Below, in pieces: positions 1-9,927 of a DNA stretch of 44,318 nt. Numbering within the stretch: position 1 is the first letter of the stretch; each line of letters begins with the position of its first letter. A model generated the notes under the pieces. It made no database searches and had not been told where the DNA came from. It saw only the letters and a program-made list of their open reading frames with translations. The DNA comes from Dehalococcoidia bacterium (GTDB lineage Bacteria > Chloroflexota > Dehalococcoidia > Dehalococcoidales > S120). The position numbers and the translations under genes are program-made. The stretch is from positions 1 through 44,318 of the forward strand of contig DUER01000139.1 in assembly GCA_011192075.1 (NCBI GenBank), given 5' to 3'.

Positions 1-1171
1 GTTGACTGGTGACGACACCTGTCTCAGTGAGAGCATAAATTTGCTTAATGTTAATCCCCATCGCCCGTAAGAAGCGGAGGATATCAGGGCTGAGGCTAGC
101 CCCACTAGTAATGCCATGCTTGACATTACTGAGCCCGTGCTTATCCTTTAATGGTCGAAATAGTAATAGATTAGCCACAGCATAAATAGCTCTCCACACC
201 AGATTGGGCCTCTTTTTCTCAATGGTAAAGTCGGCAAACTTGTAACCCACTGGGGCAAAGAGGTTATAAGCTGTTCTTTTTATAAAGCTGGAATCACTAA
301 TCCTCACCTGGATTTCTGTATTCAGCCTCTCCCATAATCTTGAAGGATACACGATGATGCTTGGAGCAATCTCCCTCAGGTCAGCCTGAACCGTTTCAGG
401 CTCTTCAGGGAAATTCATCGTTACCCCGGCAAGCAGCATATTGCCGAGGCCCAACATCTGCTCAACAATCCAACTTGGCAGCATAAAAGAAACGCTATTA
501 TTATCCTCAGAAAGAGGAATAACCTTAAGCATCTCTTTAGTCCATGTAATGAAAGTCTTATGCTTGACGATTGCTCCCTTGGGTAAGCCGGTGGTTCCTG
601 AGGTGTAGAGAATCAATGCCACATCGTCTAGCTTGGTTTCGGCGACCCTCTGCTCAAAAAGCCCCGGATAAGATTGCTCATACTCCTTTCCTTGCTGAAG
701 AAAATCGTTATAGCTTATTAACAAAGGGTCATCGTAACCTTTCAGTCCTTTGGGGTCCCAGTAAATAACCTTCTTCAGTAGAGGGAGCTCATTCTCAACT
801 CTGATTATCTTGTCAACCTGCTCCTGGTCTTCAGCTACAATAAATTTAGCATCGGAGTGCTGAGCCTGATATTTCACCTCGTCGGGGAGACAATCAGAAG
901 AAATCCCGGTCATTGCTCCCCCTGCTGACTGAGCAGCTAACTCAGCCCAAAATAACGCAGGGGCATTATCGCTCAGGGTAGCAATCTTATCCCCAGGCTC
1001 AAAGCCATTACTTAGCAGGGCCAGAGCAAAATACTTTACTTTTTCATAGACATCAGCCCAGGTAAACTCCTTCCAGATACCAAAAGCCTTCCGCCGCATA
1101 GCAACCCTGTCACCACCCCACCTGCGGTAGTTCGCCATTAGAATTTTAGGGAGAGTTTCATCAGTAACCAT
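1..1171 (-). CDS. Long-chain fatty acid-CoA ligase / AMP-binding enzyme (3' end outside the window)
   Basis: Not in the ORF track. Manual translation from ATG at 1171 gives MVTDETLPKILMANYRRWGDRVAMRRKAFGIWKEFTW..., the AMP-binding motif YTSGTTGLPKG, and YALTE near the window edge. Confidence 0.88.
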   Translation of the reverse strand, partial: MVTDETLPKILMANYRRWGGDRVAMRRKAFGIWKEFTWADVYEKVKYFALALLSNGFEPGDKIATLSDNAPALFWAELAAQSAGGAMTGISSDCLPDEVKYQAQHSDAKFIVAEDQEQVDKIIRVENELPLLKKVIYWDPKGLKGYDDPLLISYNDFLQQGKEYEQSYPGLFEQRVAETKLDDVALILYTSGTTGLPKGAIVKHKTFITWTKEMLKVIPLSEDNNSVSFMLPSWIVEQMLGLGNMLLAGVTMNFPEEPETVQADLREIAPSIIVYPSRLWERLNTEIQVRISDSSFIKRTAYNLFAPVGYKFADFTIEKKRPNLVWRAIYAVANLLLFRPLKDKHGLSNVKHGITSGASLSPDILRFLRAMGINIKQIYALTETGVVTSQ

Positions 1172-1262
1172 TCATTAGCTCTCTGGTGAATATTGGTAAA
1201 GCCCCTTGATATTTTAGCATTGGCAAATCGCTTTCTCAACCGTTGTGAGTGAGCACTGTCTA

Positions 1263-1291
1263 TTGACAAGATATATCTTGGTATATATAGT
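1263..1291 (+). promoter_or_regulatory. Sigma70-type promoter of the AOR gene with a palindromic operator
   Basis: TTGACA (1263-1268), 17 bp, TATAGT (1286-1291). Perfect palindrome CAAGATATATCTTG at 1267-1280. Confidence 0.65.
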
Positions 1292-1366
1292 AAGTCATAC
1301 TCACTAGATATTCTCCCCCAGCAAGCTCAAAAATGCCTTGACACCGTTAAAACAAGGAGGTTGGTA

Positions 1367-3055
1367 ATGAGTAAAATTCTAAGAGTTGATATGACCAACC
1401 TGAAGGTAGTAGTGGAGGCTTCTCCACCAGAGTACGAACGGTTGGGCGGCAGAGGTTTGACGGCAAGAATTCTCAACCGGGAGCTTCTCCCAACTTGCCA
1501 CCCCTTGGGCAAACACAACAAGATAATCTTTGCCCCGGGGCTTCTGGATGGTAGCCGTTTCCCTTCATCAGGTCGGCTCTCTGTAGGGTTTAAGAGTCCT
1601 CTAACCGGGGGAATCAAAGAGAGCAACGTTGGTGGCACATCAGGTCAGAAGCTAGGTAGGTTAGGTATTAAGGCAGTTATCTTGGAAGGTCAGCCGGATG
1701 ATACTGAGCTACATATAATAAAGGTAACCAAGGATGGTGCCGCTATCCTACCAGCCGATAATCTAACTGGACTTACTAATTACGCCGTAGTGAAAGAATT
1801 AAGGGCTATTCATGGTGAGAATGTTGGTGTGCTCACCATTGGTCCCCCGGGTGAGAGGAAGGCCTCAATGGCATCTGTAGCCTGTACCGATATGGATGGC
1901 ATGCCTAGCCGTCAGTTAGCTCGCGGTGGTGCGGGGGCAGTTATGGGGTCTAAAAGGATAAAAGCAATAGTGATTGATGATACCAGGACGAAGCCGATAG
2001 CAGCCAAAAGGGCGAAGGCTTTCAGGGAGCTTGTTACGGAGTACACCAAATTCCTAGATGAGAGCAAGGGGGCTAATTTAGTGCGTGCTTATGGCCAAAT
2101 GGGTGGATTGGTATGGATTAGCGACCGTAACCACAGCTTGCCCGTGAGAAACTTTACTTCGGGTATGTTCGAAGGGGCAAGCAAGATAGGTGGCAAGGAA
2201 GCTATAGGATACCTTACCAGTCAGGGAAGTCAATGGAGTATTCCGTGTATGCCGGGATGCTTGCAGCGTTGCAGTAATATCGTTCGAGATAAAGAAGGAA
2301 ATTACGTAACATCTGGACTGGAATTCGAAACAGCAGCTCTGCTGGGTGCTAATCTCGGCATTGATGACATTTATGCCATTGCCGCTATGAGCCGACTTGA
2401 TGACGACTATGGTTTGGATGATATAGAGATGGGAGTAACCTTAGGGGTAGCTGTAGACGCTGGAATAATGAACTTGGGGGATAGCACTAGAGCTATAGCC
2501 TTAATAAATGAGATTGGCCAGGGAACCACTCTGGGCAGGATTCTCGGCGAAGGTGCAGCTGTTACCGCAAGAGCCTTTGGCATAAGTAGAGTCCCAGTAA
2601 TAAAAGGACAGGCAATACCGGCTCATGACCCGAGAGTTGAGAATGGCACAGGTGTTACTTATTGCACTTCGGCAATGAGTGACCATACCGCTGGCGCTGT
2701 CCTCTTCAGGCAGCCAACTCCAGCTGAAGCAGTGAAGGCATCAAAGCAAGTCCAGATTAACGTGGCTATGGTTGACAGTCTAGGCCTTTGTTACATTGCT
2801 TTCACCGAGAGAGCCTACCCAATGGAGAAGGTGACTGAGATTGTCAATACACAATGTGGCTTAGATTTAAGTTATGAAGATATGCAAGAGATGGGCAAAA
2901 CAGTATTGAAAGAGGAGAGAGTATTCAATCTGAAGGCAGGGTTTGCTCCAAGTGCTGACCGGCTTCCAGAATTCTTTAAGGAAGAGCCTTCACCCCCGAG
3001 TGACTTTATTTTCGATGTGCCGGACAGTGAAATTGATTCGTTCTGGGATTTCTAG
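1367..3055 (+). CDS. Aldehyde:ferredoxin oxidoreductase family (W/Mo-pterin)
   Basis: KILRVDM, LGGRGL, KSPLTGGIKESNVGG, GAVMGSKRIKAI, CMPGCLQRC and SLGLC. AGGAGG precedes ATG 1367. Confidence 0.9.
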   Translation: MSKILRVDMTNLKVVVEASPPEYERLGGRGLTARILNRELLPTCHPLGKHNKIIFAPGLLDGSRFPSSGRLSVGFKSPLTGGIKESNVGGTSGQKLGRLGIKAVILEGQPDDTELHIIKVTKDGAAILPADNLTGLTNYAVVKELRAIHGENVGVLTIGPPGERKASMASVACTDMDGMPSRQLARGGAGAVMGSKRIKAIVIDDTRTKPIAAKRAKAFRELVTEYTKFLDESKGANLVRAYGQMGGLVWISDRNHSLPVRNFTSGMFEGASKIGGKEAIGYLTSQGSQWSIPCMPGCLQRCSNIVRDKEGNYVTSGLEFETAALLGANLGIDDIYAIAAMSRLDDDYGLDDIEMGVTLGVAVDAGIMNLGDSTRAIALINEIGQGTTLGRILGEGAAVTARAFGISRVPVIKGQAIPAHDPRVENGTGVTYCTSAMSDHTAGAVLFRQPTPAEAVKASKQVQINVAMVDSLGLCYIAFTERAYPMEKVTEIVNTQCGLDLSYEDMQEMGKTVLKEERVFNLKAGFAPSADRLPEFFKEEPSPPSDFIFDVPDSEIDSFWDF

Positions 3056-3091
3056 AGTTTAAACAAGATTTGCTGTCAGTGCCGTGAATGG

Positions 3092-3898
3092 TTAACGCTC
3101 AATCTGCTTAATCTGATAGTGTAGCTTACCTGCCGGAGTTACTACTTCTATTACTTCTCCTTGGTTTCGCCTAATAATGGCTTTACCTACCGGTGAAGCA
3201 CTGGAAATCTTACCCCGGGTCGGGTCTACTTCCCTAGGGCTAACTATCATGTAATGCAATTCCTCTCCAGAAGTCAAGTCCTGCAGGACAATACTGTCAC
3301 CAATATTAACCTTGGGTGTTACCTCCTGTTTCTCATCAATAACAGTGGCTGACTTCATAGCTTCTTCCAGCTCTCTAATCCGACCCACTAATTGCCCATG
3401 TTGCTCCCTGGCTGCTTCCAGAGGTGCGTTCTCGCGGAAGTCCTTATCCGCCGCTGCTCTACGTATTTCATCAATAGCCTGAGAACGTTTATCCTTAAGG
3501 GTGGCAAGCTCGGCTTGCAGTTCAGCATATCCCTGCTGAGTTAAAGAGATAGTCTGTGGCAAACCCCGCCTGGACGAGGGCGACAACTTAATTTTTGCCT
3601 TTCTAGTCTTTAGGTGAGTTGCCATATTGGTCTGGCTCCACCCTTCTTTCTTGACATAAACCAAGAAGGCTCGTATTAGCTCAAGTTTTTTCATGTAGTC
3701 AGTATCCGATAATGATAACCGCTCAGCATAGTTAGCCACTTCAGGGGCAGTAAGACTAGCCGGGGGTCGCTCCAGGCCGTACCAGCGAGCAAATCTATAT
3801 ACCTCTTGCTGGCTTGCCTTTCTTTCTTCAGGTGGTAAGCTAGCCAGGAATTGGCTGGCTGCTTGACCCAGGTTTGGATTCTGGCTACCACTATTCAT
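3092..3898 (-). CDS. greA: Transcription elongation factor GreA with ~110-aa N-terminal extension
   Basis: C-terminal ~155 aa has LTQQGYAELQAEL, DFRENAPL (catalytic D/E) and GKISSASPVGKAI. Confidence 0.88.
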   Translation of the reverse strand: MNSGSQNPNLGQAASQFLASLPPEERKASQQEVYRFARWYGLERPPASLTAPEVANYAERLSLSDTDYMKKLELIRAFLVYVKKEGWSQTNMATHLKTRKAKIKLSPSSRRGLPQTISLTQQGYAELQAELATLKDKRSQAIDEIRRAAADKDFRENAPLEAAREQHGQLVGRIRELEEAMKSATVIDEKQEVTPKVNIGDSIVLQDLTSGEELHYMIVSPREVDPTRGKISSASPVGKAIIRRNQGEVIEVVTPAGKLHYQIKQIER

Positions 3899-5112
3899 GT
3901 CAGGATACCTCGATAATTTTTAGACCCTCTACCTAAACGGAGGGGAATCTTCATCATCTCAATAGCCTTAGACACTGCCCTTTGTTCCAATAACCGCAGC
4001 ACAACTGCGCTATGCCAGTCAAAAGACATCTCCTCTGCTTTAAGTATAGCTTCGTCAATGTCATGGGACTTTATTATATCAAATATCTTATCAATTTGCT
4101 TATCACTCAGGCGCTCATAAAATTTTCGCGCCCGGTAGCCTATTCTTAGCTCTTGTCTCAGTTTCCTTCTCCACTCTCGCTCATAATTAGCCAGACTCTT
4201 AGCCGATAGGGCATTGCTTGCCAGCACCCGGTGCAAAATGTTAGCTGCTATGTCAGCACAGAGCAGACCATAGTAGATGCCGCCGCCGGTGGTTGGTTTC
4301 ACTTGCCCGGCAGCATCCCCTACCACTATTAACCTCTCGGTACAGGTTTTGGCTAAGGGCTTTAGTGGAATACCGCCATAGCTCAGTTCAGCCTCGGCCG
4401 AAACTATTTTCCCCCGAGCCACTAGGGACGACATGAACTTTCTCAAATAGAGTCCTGGGCTACGGCGCGACAGCAGCCCAACTAGAGCCCTATGGGGTGA
4501 GGTTGGCACCAGCCAGGCAAAAAACCCAGGAGCTATCTCCTGACCAAAATACACCTCTACCTCATCTACCTCATCTACCTCAATTAGTGACACCTCAGCC
4601 TGGGCCCCCATAACAAAATCCCCCGCCTTACCCAAACCCAACCTCTCAACAAGTTTAGAGCCAAAGCCAGTGGCAATAACTACCGCTCTTGCCTCAAAGC
4701 TTGACCTTTCTTCCTGATGAGCTGCCTCGACTCTGACCCTATCATCCCCGACCTCTATATTCTGAACTGGGCTACTTAATATATAGTGTGCCCCCTTAGC
4801 CTGAGCCTGGTTAGCTATAGCCAGGTCAAAGGCTGCCCGGTCTATAATATAAGCCTGGGTTTCTTCTCGCCGCAGCCTGAGCAATCTCCCTGAAGGTGAA
4901 AATAACTTAGCGCTGTTTGCTCGTCTCAAAATAACATTCTCATCAACGGCAAAAGAGCTAACGTACTCCTGGCTAACGATGCCGGTGCAGCAAACCCGCT
5001 CCCCCAACCTTTCCTTCTGTTCCAACACCACCGTCTCATACCCCATCCCAGCCAGCTTACAAGCCACGTAGCTCCCTACTGGACCGGCTCCGATAACAAT
5101 TACATCAAACAT
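3895..5112 (-). CDS. Geranylgeranyl reductase family FAD-dependent oxidoreductase
   Basis: DVIVIGAGPVG, DRAAFD, FFAWLVP and VVGDAAGQVKPTTGGGIYYG. Overlaps the greA start by 4 bp. Confidence 0.88.
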   Translation of the reverse strand: MFDVIVIGAGPVGSYVACKLAGMGYETVVLEQKERLGERVCCTGIVSQEYVSSFAVDENVILRRANSAKLFSPSGRLLRLRREETQAYIIDRAAFDLAIANQAQAKGAHYILSSPVQNIEVGDDRVRVEAAHQEERSSFEARAVVIATGFGSKLVERLGLGKAGDFVMGAQAEVSLIEVDEVDEVEVYFGQEIAPGFFAWLVPTSPHRALVGLLSRRSPGLYLRKFMSSLVARGKIVSAEAELSYGGIPLKPLAKTCTERLIVVGDAAGQVKPTTGGGIYYGLLCADIAANILHRVLASNALSAKSLANYEREWRRKLRQELRIGYRARKFYERLSDKQIDKIFDIIKSHDIDEAILKAEEMSFDWHSAVVLRLLEQRAVSKAIEMMKIPLRLGRGSKNYRGILT

Positions 5113-5138
5113 TTTCCTCCCTTGGTTGGAAGAGTAAC

Positions 5139-5442
5139 TTAGTGCCTACTTCTCAGTCGATTGAGATAGTAGATTACTATAGGCACGACAGTCATAACTA
5201 AGATAATTAGCTAACAAGTTAAGCTCGCTAATCCTGATCCCGATGAGCTTATTCAAGACAAGGATGCTAAGTGTTACCACAGCAATGGACAAACCGAAAG
5301 AAAGGGCAATCCTTTCCAGGACATCTATCTGCTTGAAGAAGACCAGTGTCCAGGCAAAGCCAGGGACCAAGAACACTAAAATGAAGCCCAGAATTCCCCT
5401 GATGACAGACAAAGATTCAAAGAAGGAAAAGAATTCACTCAT
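5139..5442 (-). pseudogene. Small membrane protein (DUF1616-like) with a frameshift near the 3' end
   Basis: FLVPGFAWTLVFF...LERIALSFGLSIA. A 1-nt shift near 5211 restores a hydrophobic helix LIILVMTVVPIVIYYLNRLRSRH, stop at 5139-5141. Confidence 0.6.
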
Positions 5443-5698
5443 TGGATATAGCTAATCCACCCCTTATATTTACTCTGCCAATATTCAGCCTAGCGGTAAG
5501 GATTTAAATAGGAATTAGTCCTTATACTCACCCCATACATCTTAACCATTATGAAAGGTAACTTCAAGCATACCATGGGGATAGGGCTAGTCCAAACTAT
5601 ATTCTAAGCCTGTATGTCATGAATTAAAATCAATAAATACGCCCAAATTTCTTGCCTGGGGTATTGACGAAAGTCTTAGATTATGCTGTTTTATTGTC

Positions 5699-6143
5699 AT
5701 GTGGCAATTTGACTCTTTACTCAAACATTACAACCGTTTATGGAAATTGTATAAAACATTAACCCAAAACGTCGCTGGAACCTATACTGTAGATGTTAAT
5801 GGCCTATCAGGCACATTTACGGTCAAGGCACCTCCGGTACCCCCGGCACCAGCCGCCTTCAAGGTGAGCCAGCTCAGCATCTCACCAGCAGAGGTTCAGG
5901 TTGGAGAAACGGTTACCGTTTCAGCTACGGTAGCCAATACCGGTGAGGTTGAGGGCAGCTACACGGTAACCCTAGATTAATGGTGATACAGAAGCTACCA
6001 AGAAGGTCACCATCGCTGGAGGACAAACGGCTAAGGTTACCTTCTCCGTAGTCAGGGATGTTGCTGGAAGTTACCAGATTGATATTAATGGTCAAACCGG
6101 GAGCTTCACGGTAACCGAGGCACCTCAAGCCTGGTGGATCTGA
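5699..6143 (+). pseudogene. Remnant of a CARDB/Ig-like repeat surface protein
   Basis: LSISPAEVQVGETVTVSATVANTGEVEGSYTVTL, then after a frameshift near 5975 INGDTEATKKVTIAGGQTAKVTF...GSFTVTEAPQAWWI*. No signal peptide or intact N-terminus. Confidence 0.72.
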
Positions 6144-6347
6144 ATGGTTGTAGGGCTGCAGTTATCTCAGCCAGCTATTCCGACTAACTAGACCAATAAC
6201 CCTTTTTCGGTCAGCATCGGCGTCTGACTTATCTTATCCTCGGCTCCAATACACTCGCAGTCTACCGAGTGGGAGGGGCTATGTCTGACTCACAAAGATT
6301 CCCCCAGCCGGTGCAGTACCTGCTAATCTCCCTAGGTGAATAACAGG

Positions 6348-7469
6348 TCACCTACCTAGCTCGGAGCGAGTACGGAAGAATCTTAGCAGGTTATCGCGGG
6401 TAATCAGCCCGATAACTCTACCCTCTCTTACCACAGGCATCTGATTTATGTCATCCTCAATCATCTGCTCTAGTATGCTTAGAGCTTCCTGGTCAGGACG
6501 GGCTGCCTTTAGCTTATCAACTGGGGTCATTATCTCCTTTACCTGAGTAGCATTCCAATTCTGTTGGGAGACAGACTTAAAATTGTGCAGCGTCAAAATC
6601 CCCTTTAACTCGCCTTCATCAGCTACTAGAAAAAAGCGACGCCCGCTAGTGAAAATATAACCTTGAACCAGATGATTAACAGTAACATTTGAAGGCACTA
6701 CTGGGAAGTCAGAGGTCATTACCTGTGTCGCCGTAATTCCAACTAGTCCCTCACGCCACTGACTCTGACGATAGCTAGCTGAGGCAGCATTTTCCAGGAA
6801 CCAGCCAATAAAGGCTAGCCACAAACCACCAAACCAATCGTGAAGGAGGAACATTACTGAAATGCCACCTAGAATGAAAAGGTAGCCTATACCCCGCCCC
6901 ACTAGTGTGGCAATCAGAGTTGAGCGGTTGTAGTTACCGGTAAAGCGCCATAGGAGAGAACGGAAAACACGCCCACCATCCAAAGGGAAACCCGGTATCA
7001 GATTGAATACAGCCAGCACACCATTTACATAAGCCAGCCAGAGAGCCATAACTGCCACCGGCTCGGATACACTCTGGGTAAATAGCCAAAGCAGAGCAAA
7101 CAAGCCACCAATTACTAAGCTACAAGCAGGACCGGCGGCTGCCATTATAAACTCAGTGCTGGCTTTTGTTGCCTCCCTAGTTATTTGAGCCATGCCGCCA
7201 AAGATAAAAAGGGTGATACTCTTTACCGGGATGCCATTAACCCTGGCTACAAAGCTATGAGCTAACTCGTGGGCAACTACTGAGGCAAAAAATAATAGGC
7301 TGGTGATAATGCCAATAGTCCAGTAAACTAAATGGCTCCAACCGGGATAGGTCATGGGGAAGTACTGGGTTGATAGAGAGACGACTACTAAAACAAATAC
7401 TATAAACCACGTATAGTGCAGCCTGAACTGGATGCCAAAGAGTTTACCTAAATTAAATGCATTACCCAT
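6348..7469 (-). CDS. Site-2 protease (M50) with C-terminal CBS pair
   Basis: HELAH, FNLIPGFPLDGGR and a tandem CBS-like C-terminus. Confidence 0.92.
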   Translation of the reverse strand: MGNAFNLGKLFGIQFRLHYTWFIVFVLVVVSLSTQYFPMTYPGWSHLVYWTIGIITSLLFFASVVAHELAHSFVARVNGIPVKSITLFIFGGMAQITREATKASTEFIMAAAGPACSLVIGGLFALLWLFTQSVSEPVAVMALWLAYVNGVLAVFNLIPGFPLDGGRVFRSLLWRFTGNYNRSTLIATLVGRGIGYLFILGGISVMFLLHDWFGGLWLAFIGWFLENAASASYRQSQWREGLVGITATQVMTSDFPVVPSNVTVNHLVQGYIFTSGRRFFLVADEGELKGILTLHNFKSVSQQNWNATQVKEIMTPVDKLKAARPDQEALSILEQMIEDDINQMPVVREGRVIGLITRDNLLRFFRTRSELGR

Positions 7470-7523
7470 CTTCGGCGATAATATAGCGCAAAGTTCTTGT
7501 GTAAGAAGGTGATTTATGGGTCA

Positions 7524-8315
7524 CTAAGGTACTTTTAGCTGGTGCAAAATCTCTATGGCAACCTGAGCCGCTCGTTTACCCGAGAGAAGCATACCGCCGA
7601 AGATAGGACCCATTCTAGGTGCCCCAAAAACAGCATTAGCTGCCATGCCGGCAACGATGAGACCAGGATAGACCTCCTGGGTGTTGTCTATTATTTCCCT
7701 TTCTCCTACCTCAGCCCACATCGGCTTTTCCCCGGTTACTCTGCCTTCCTTTGTCCTTAATTTGGCACCGAGCTTATTGACTACCATTTGGCAGATTTCG
7801 CTGGCATGCCCGGTAGCATCTATTACTACCCCTGCCCGTATGGCTAAGGGGTCCACGTGCAATCCAGCTAACGAGACTGCACTCCAATTCAATACTAACC
7901 CAGTTATCCTATCATCCTCCCTTATCATCAAATCCTCGATGCTAATCAGATTAAATATCCTAGCTCCAGCCTTTATAGCTTTGGAGCAGATTGTTGAGAC
8001 GGCTTCCAAAGAATCAGCAATATAGTAGCCCTTTTCATACTCTCTGGTTGTTACGTCAAACTCATCTAATAGCTTCTTTCCCTGTTCCTGAACCACGATA
8101 CGATTAAACATCATCCCTCCACCAGGCATGCCACCACCAACACGGAGCTGCTTTTCAAATAGCACCGTTTTTACCCCATTCCTTGCCAAATAATAAGCAG
8201 CCGTCATGCCGGCTGGTCCAGCTCCACCTATAGCAACGTCAACCTCCATAGCCTCTAGGAAGTCCTTCATGAAGCTTTCGGTTATTGCCTTGGATACGGT
8301 TATCTCGTCGAGCAT
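7524..8315 (-). CDS. thi4: Thi4-type (sulfide-dependent) thiazole synthase
   Basis: [27 protein letters not shown] and [14 protein letters not shown]. Lies downstream of thiC. Confidence 0.93.
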   Translation of the reverse strand: MLDEITVSKAITESFMKDFLEAMEVDVAIGGAGPAGMTAAYYLARNGVKTVLFEKQLRVGGGMPGGGMMFNRIVVQEQGKKLLDEFDVTTREYEKGYYIADSLEAVSTICSKAIKAGARIFNLISIEDLMIREDDRITGLVLNWSAVSLAGLHVDPLAIRAGVVIDATGHASEICQMVVNKLGAKLRTKEGRVTGEKPMWAEVGEREIIDNTQEVYPGLIVAGMAANAVFGAPRMGPIFGGMLLSGKRAAQVAIEILHQLKVP

Positions 8316-8346
8316 ATTCTCTCCACTTGCTTTATTATGCCATCAG

Positions 8347-9642
8347 CTAGCACTTAGACGCTGAGATGCCTAGAAACTCTTCCACTAATGCCATAGCACA
8401 ATACTCCCCACACATGCTACAAGCAGCACCGGCAGAAGCGTGCTTACTATGAACTTGGCGAGACCGCTTGGGGTCCAGGGATAGCCTGGCTTGCTCTTCC
8501 CAGTCAAACTTCTTTCTAGCCACCGACATCTTCATATCCCATTCCTCGGCACCTTTTACTCCCTTGGCTATATCAGCAGCATGAGCAGCAATGCGCGAGG
8601 CTAACACCCCTTGCCTTACGTCCTCAGGGTCAGGTATAGAAAGATGCTCCGCTGGCGTTACATAGCACAGAAAATCGGCACCGGCAGCGGCAGCAATAGC
8701 GCCACCGATAGCTCCTGTTATGTGGTCATAGCCGGCAGCTATATCAGTTACCAGCGGACCCAGCACATAGAAGGGTGCCTCCTTGCAGATAGCCTTCTCC
8801 AGGCGAACATTAGCCTCAATTTGATTCAAGGGCAGGTGTCCCGGACCCTCCACCATTACCTGAACTCCAGCTTGCTGAGCGCGCTGCACTAACTCCCCGA
8901 TAACGAGCAACTCCTCCACTTGAGCTCGGTCGGTAGCATCAGCTAAGCTACCAGGACGCATCCCATCACCAAGGCTCAGCGTTACATCAAACTGCCTAGC
9001 TATCTCAAGCAAGCGGTCATAATACTCATAAAGAGGATTCTCACGTTCATTGTAGATTATCCAGCCTATCAGGAAAGCACCCCCACGAGACACGACATCA
9101 GCTACTCTTCCCTGCTTTTTAAGCCGGGCAATGGCTGACTGTGTCACACCACAATGCACCGTTATGAAGTCAACACCATCCCGGGCATGCTCTTCAATCA
9201 CGGCAAATAGCTCGTCAATAGGCATTTTCACTATGGCGCTATGTCTATCTATAGTCTCAATCCCGGCTTGATAAATAGGTACCGTTCCTATTGGCAAAGA
9301 GGTGGAGGCAATGATAGCCTGACGAATAGCTGATATGTCACCGCCGGTGCTTAAGTCCATAACTGTATCCGCCCCTGAGTCAATAGCTACCCGCAACTTC
9401 TCCAGCTCGGTATCAATATTGCCAAAGTCAGAAGAGGTCCCAATATTAGCATTGACCTTAGTTCTAAGCCCTTGACCTATACCATAAGGAACCAGATTGG
9501 TATGATTAGTATTAGCCGGAATTACTATCGTTCCCTTAGCTACCCCATGCTGGATAACCTCAGCCTCCACCCCCTCCTGCTGTGCTACCAGTGTCATCTG
9601 GGGTGAAATAATACCTTTTATAGCTAATTCCAGTTGCGTCAT
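8347..9642 (-). CDS. thiC: Phosphomethylpyrimidine synthase ThiC
   Basis: [32 protein letters not shown] and C-terminal CSMCGEYC. Confidence 0.97.
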   Translation of the reverse strand: MTQLELAIKGIISPQMTLVAQQEGVEAEVIQHGVAKGTIVIPANTNHTNLVPYGIGQGLRTKVNANIGTSSDFGNIDTELEKLRVAIDSGADTVMDLSTGGDISAIRQAIIASTSLPIGTVPIYQAGIETIDRHSAIVKMPIDELFAVIEEHARDGVDFITVHCGVTQSAIARLKKQGRVADVVSRGGAFLIGWIIYNERENPLYEYYDRLLEIARQFDVTLSLGDGMRPGSLADATDRAQVEELLVIGELVQRAQQAGVQVMVEGPGHLPLNQIEANVRLEKAICKEAPFYVLGPLVTDIAAGYDHITGAIGGAIAAAAGADFLCYVTPAEHLSIPDPEDVRQGVLASRIAAHAADIAKGVKGAEEWDMKMSVARKKFDWEEQARLSLDPKRSRQVHSKHASAGAACSMCGEYCAMALVEEFLGISASKC

Positions 9643-9659
9643 CTCTACCCCTCCCCCAT

Positions 9660-9708
9660 AAAAATTAAACCAAGGGCTTCGGCGGTTACTGCTAGACCCT
9701 TGGTCTAA
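9660..9708 (-). terminator. Intrinsic terminator, expression platform of the TPP riboswitch
   Basis: On the minus strand TTAGACCAAGGG...CCCTTGGTTTAA is followed by TTTTT, between the aptamer and the thiC RBS. Confidence 0.75.
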
Positions 9709-9715
9709 ATTACTG

Positions 9716-9795
9716 CCGCTTCCCTACGCTCGCATTACCGAGATCAGGTTCCCAGGGTTGGCATCAGCCTCTCAGCCGTCGAGCACCCCTAGCGG
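9716..9795 (-). ncRNA. TPP riboswitch
   Basis: Minus strand reads CCGCTAGGGGTGCT...CTGAGAGG...AACCCTGGGAACCTGATCTCGGTAATGCGAGCGTAGGGAAGCGG, with the canonical THI-box elements, upstream of thiC. Confidence 0.96.
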
Positions 9796-9927
9796 TTAAC
9801 CTTATTATATTCTGTTTATAATAATAACATAGGCTCGCCTAGAATGCAATGTCGGCTCTTCTATTTTCAACCTATCTCGCCCCCAGTTACTACTCCATTT
9901 GCAAGCAGCAATGATATAATAACCATT

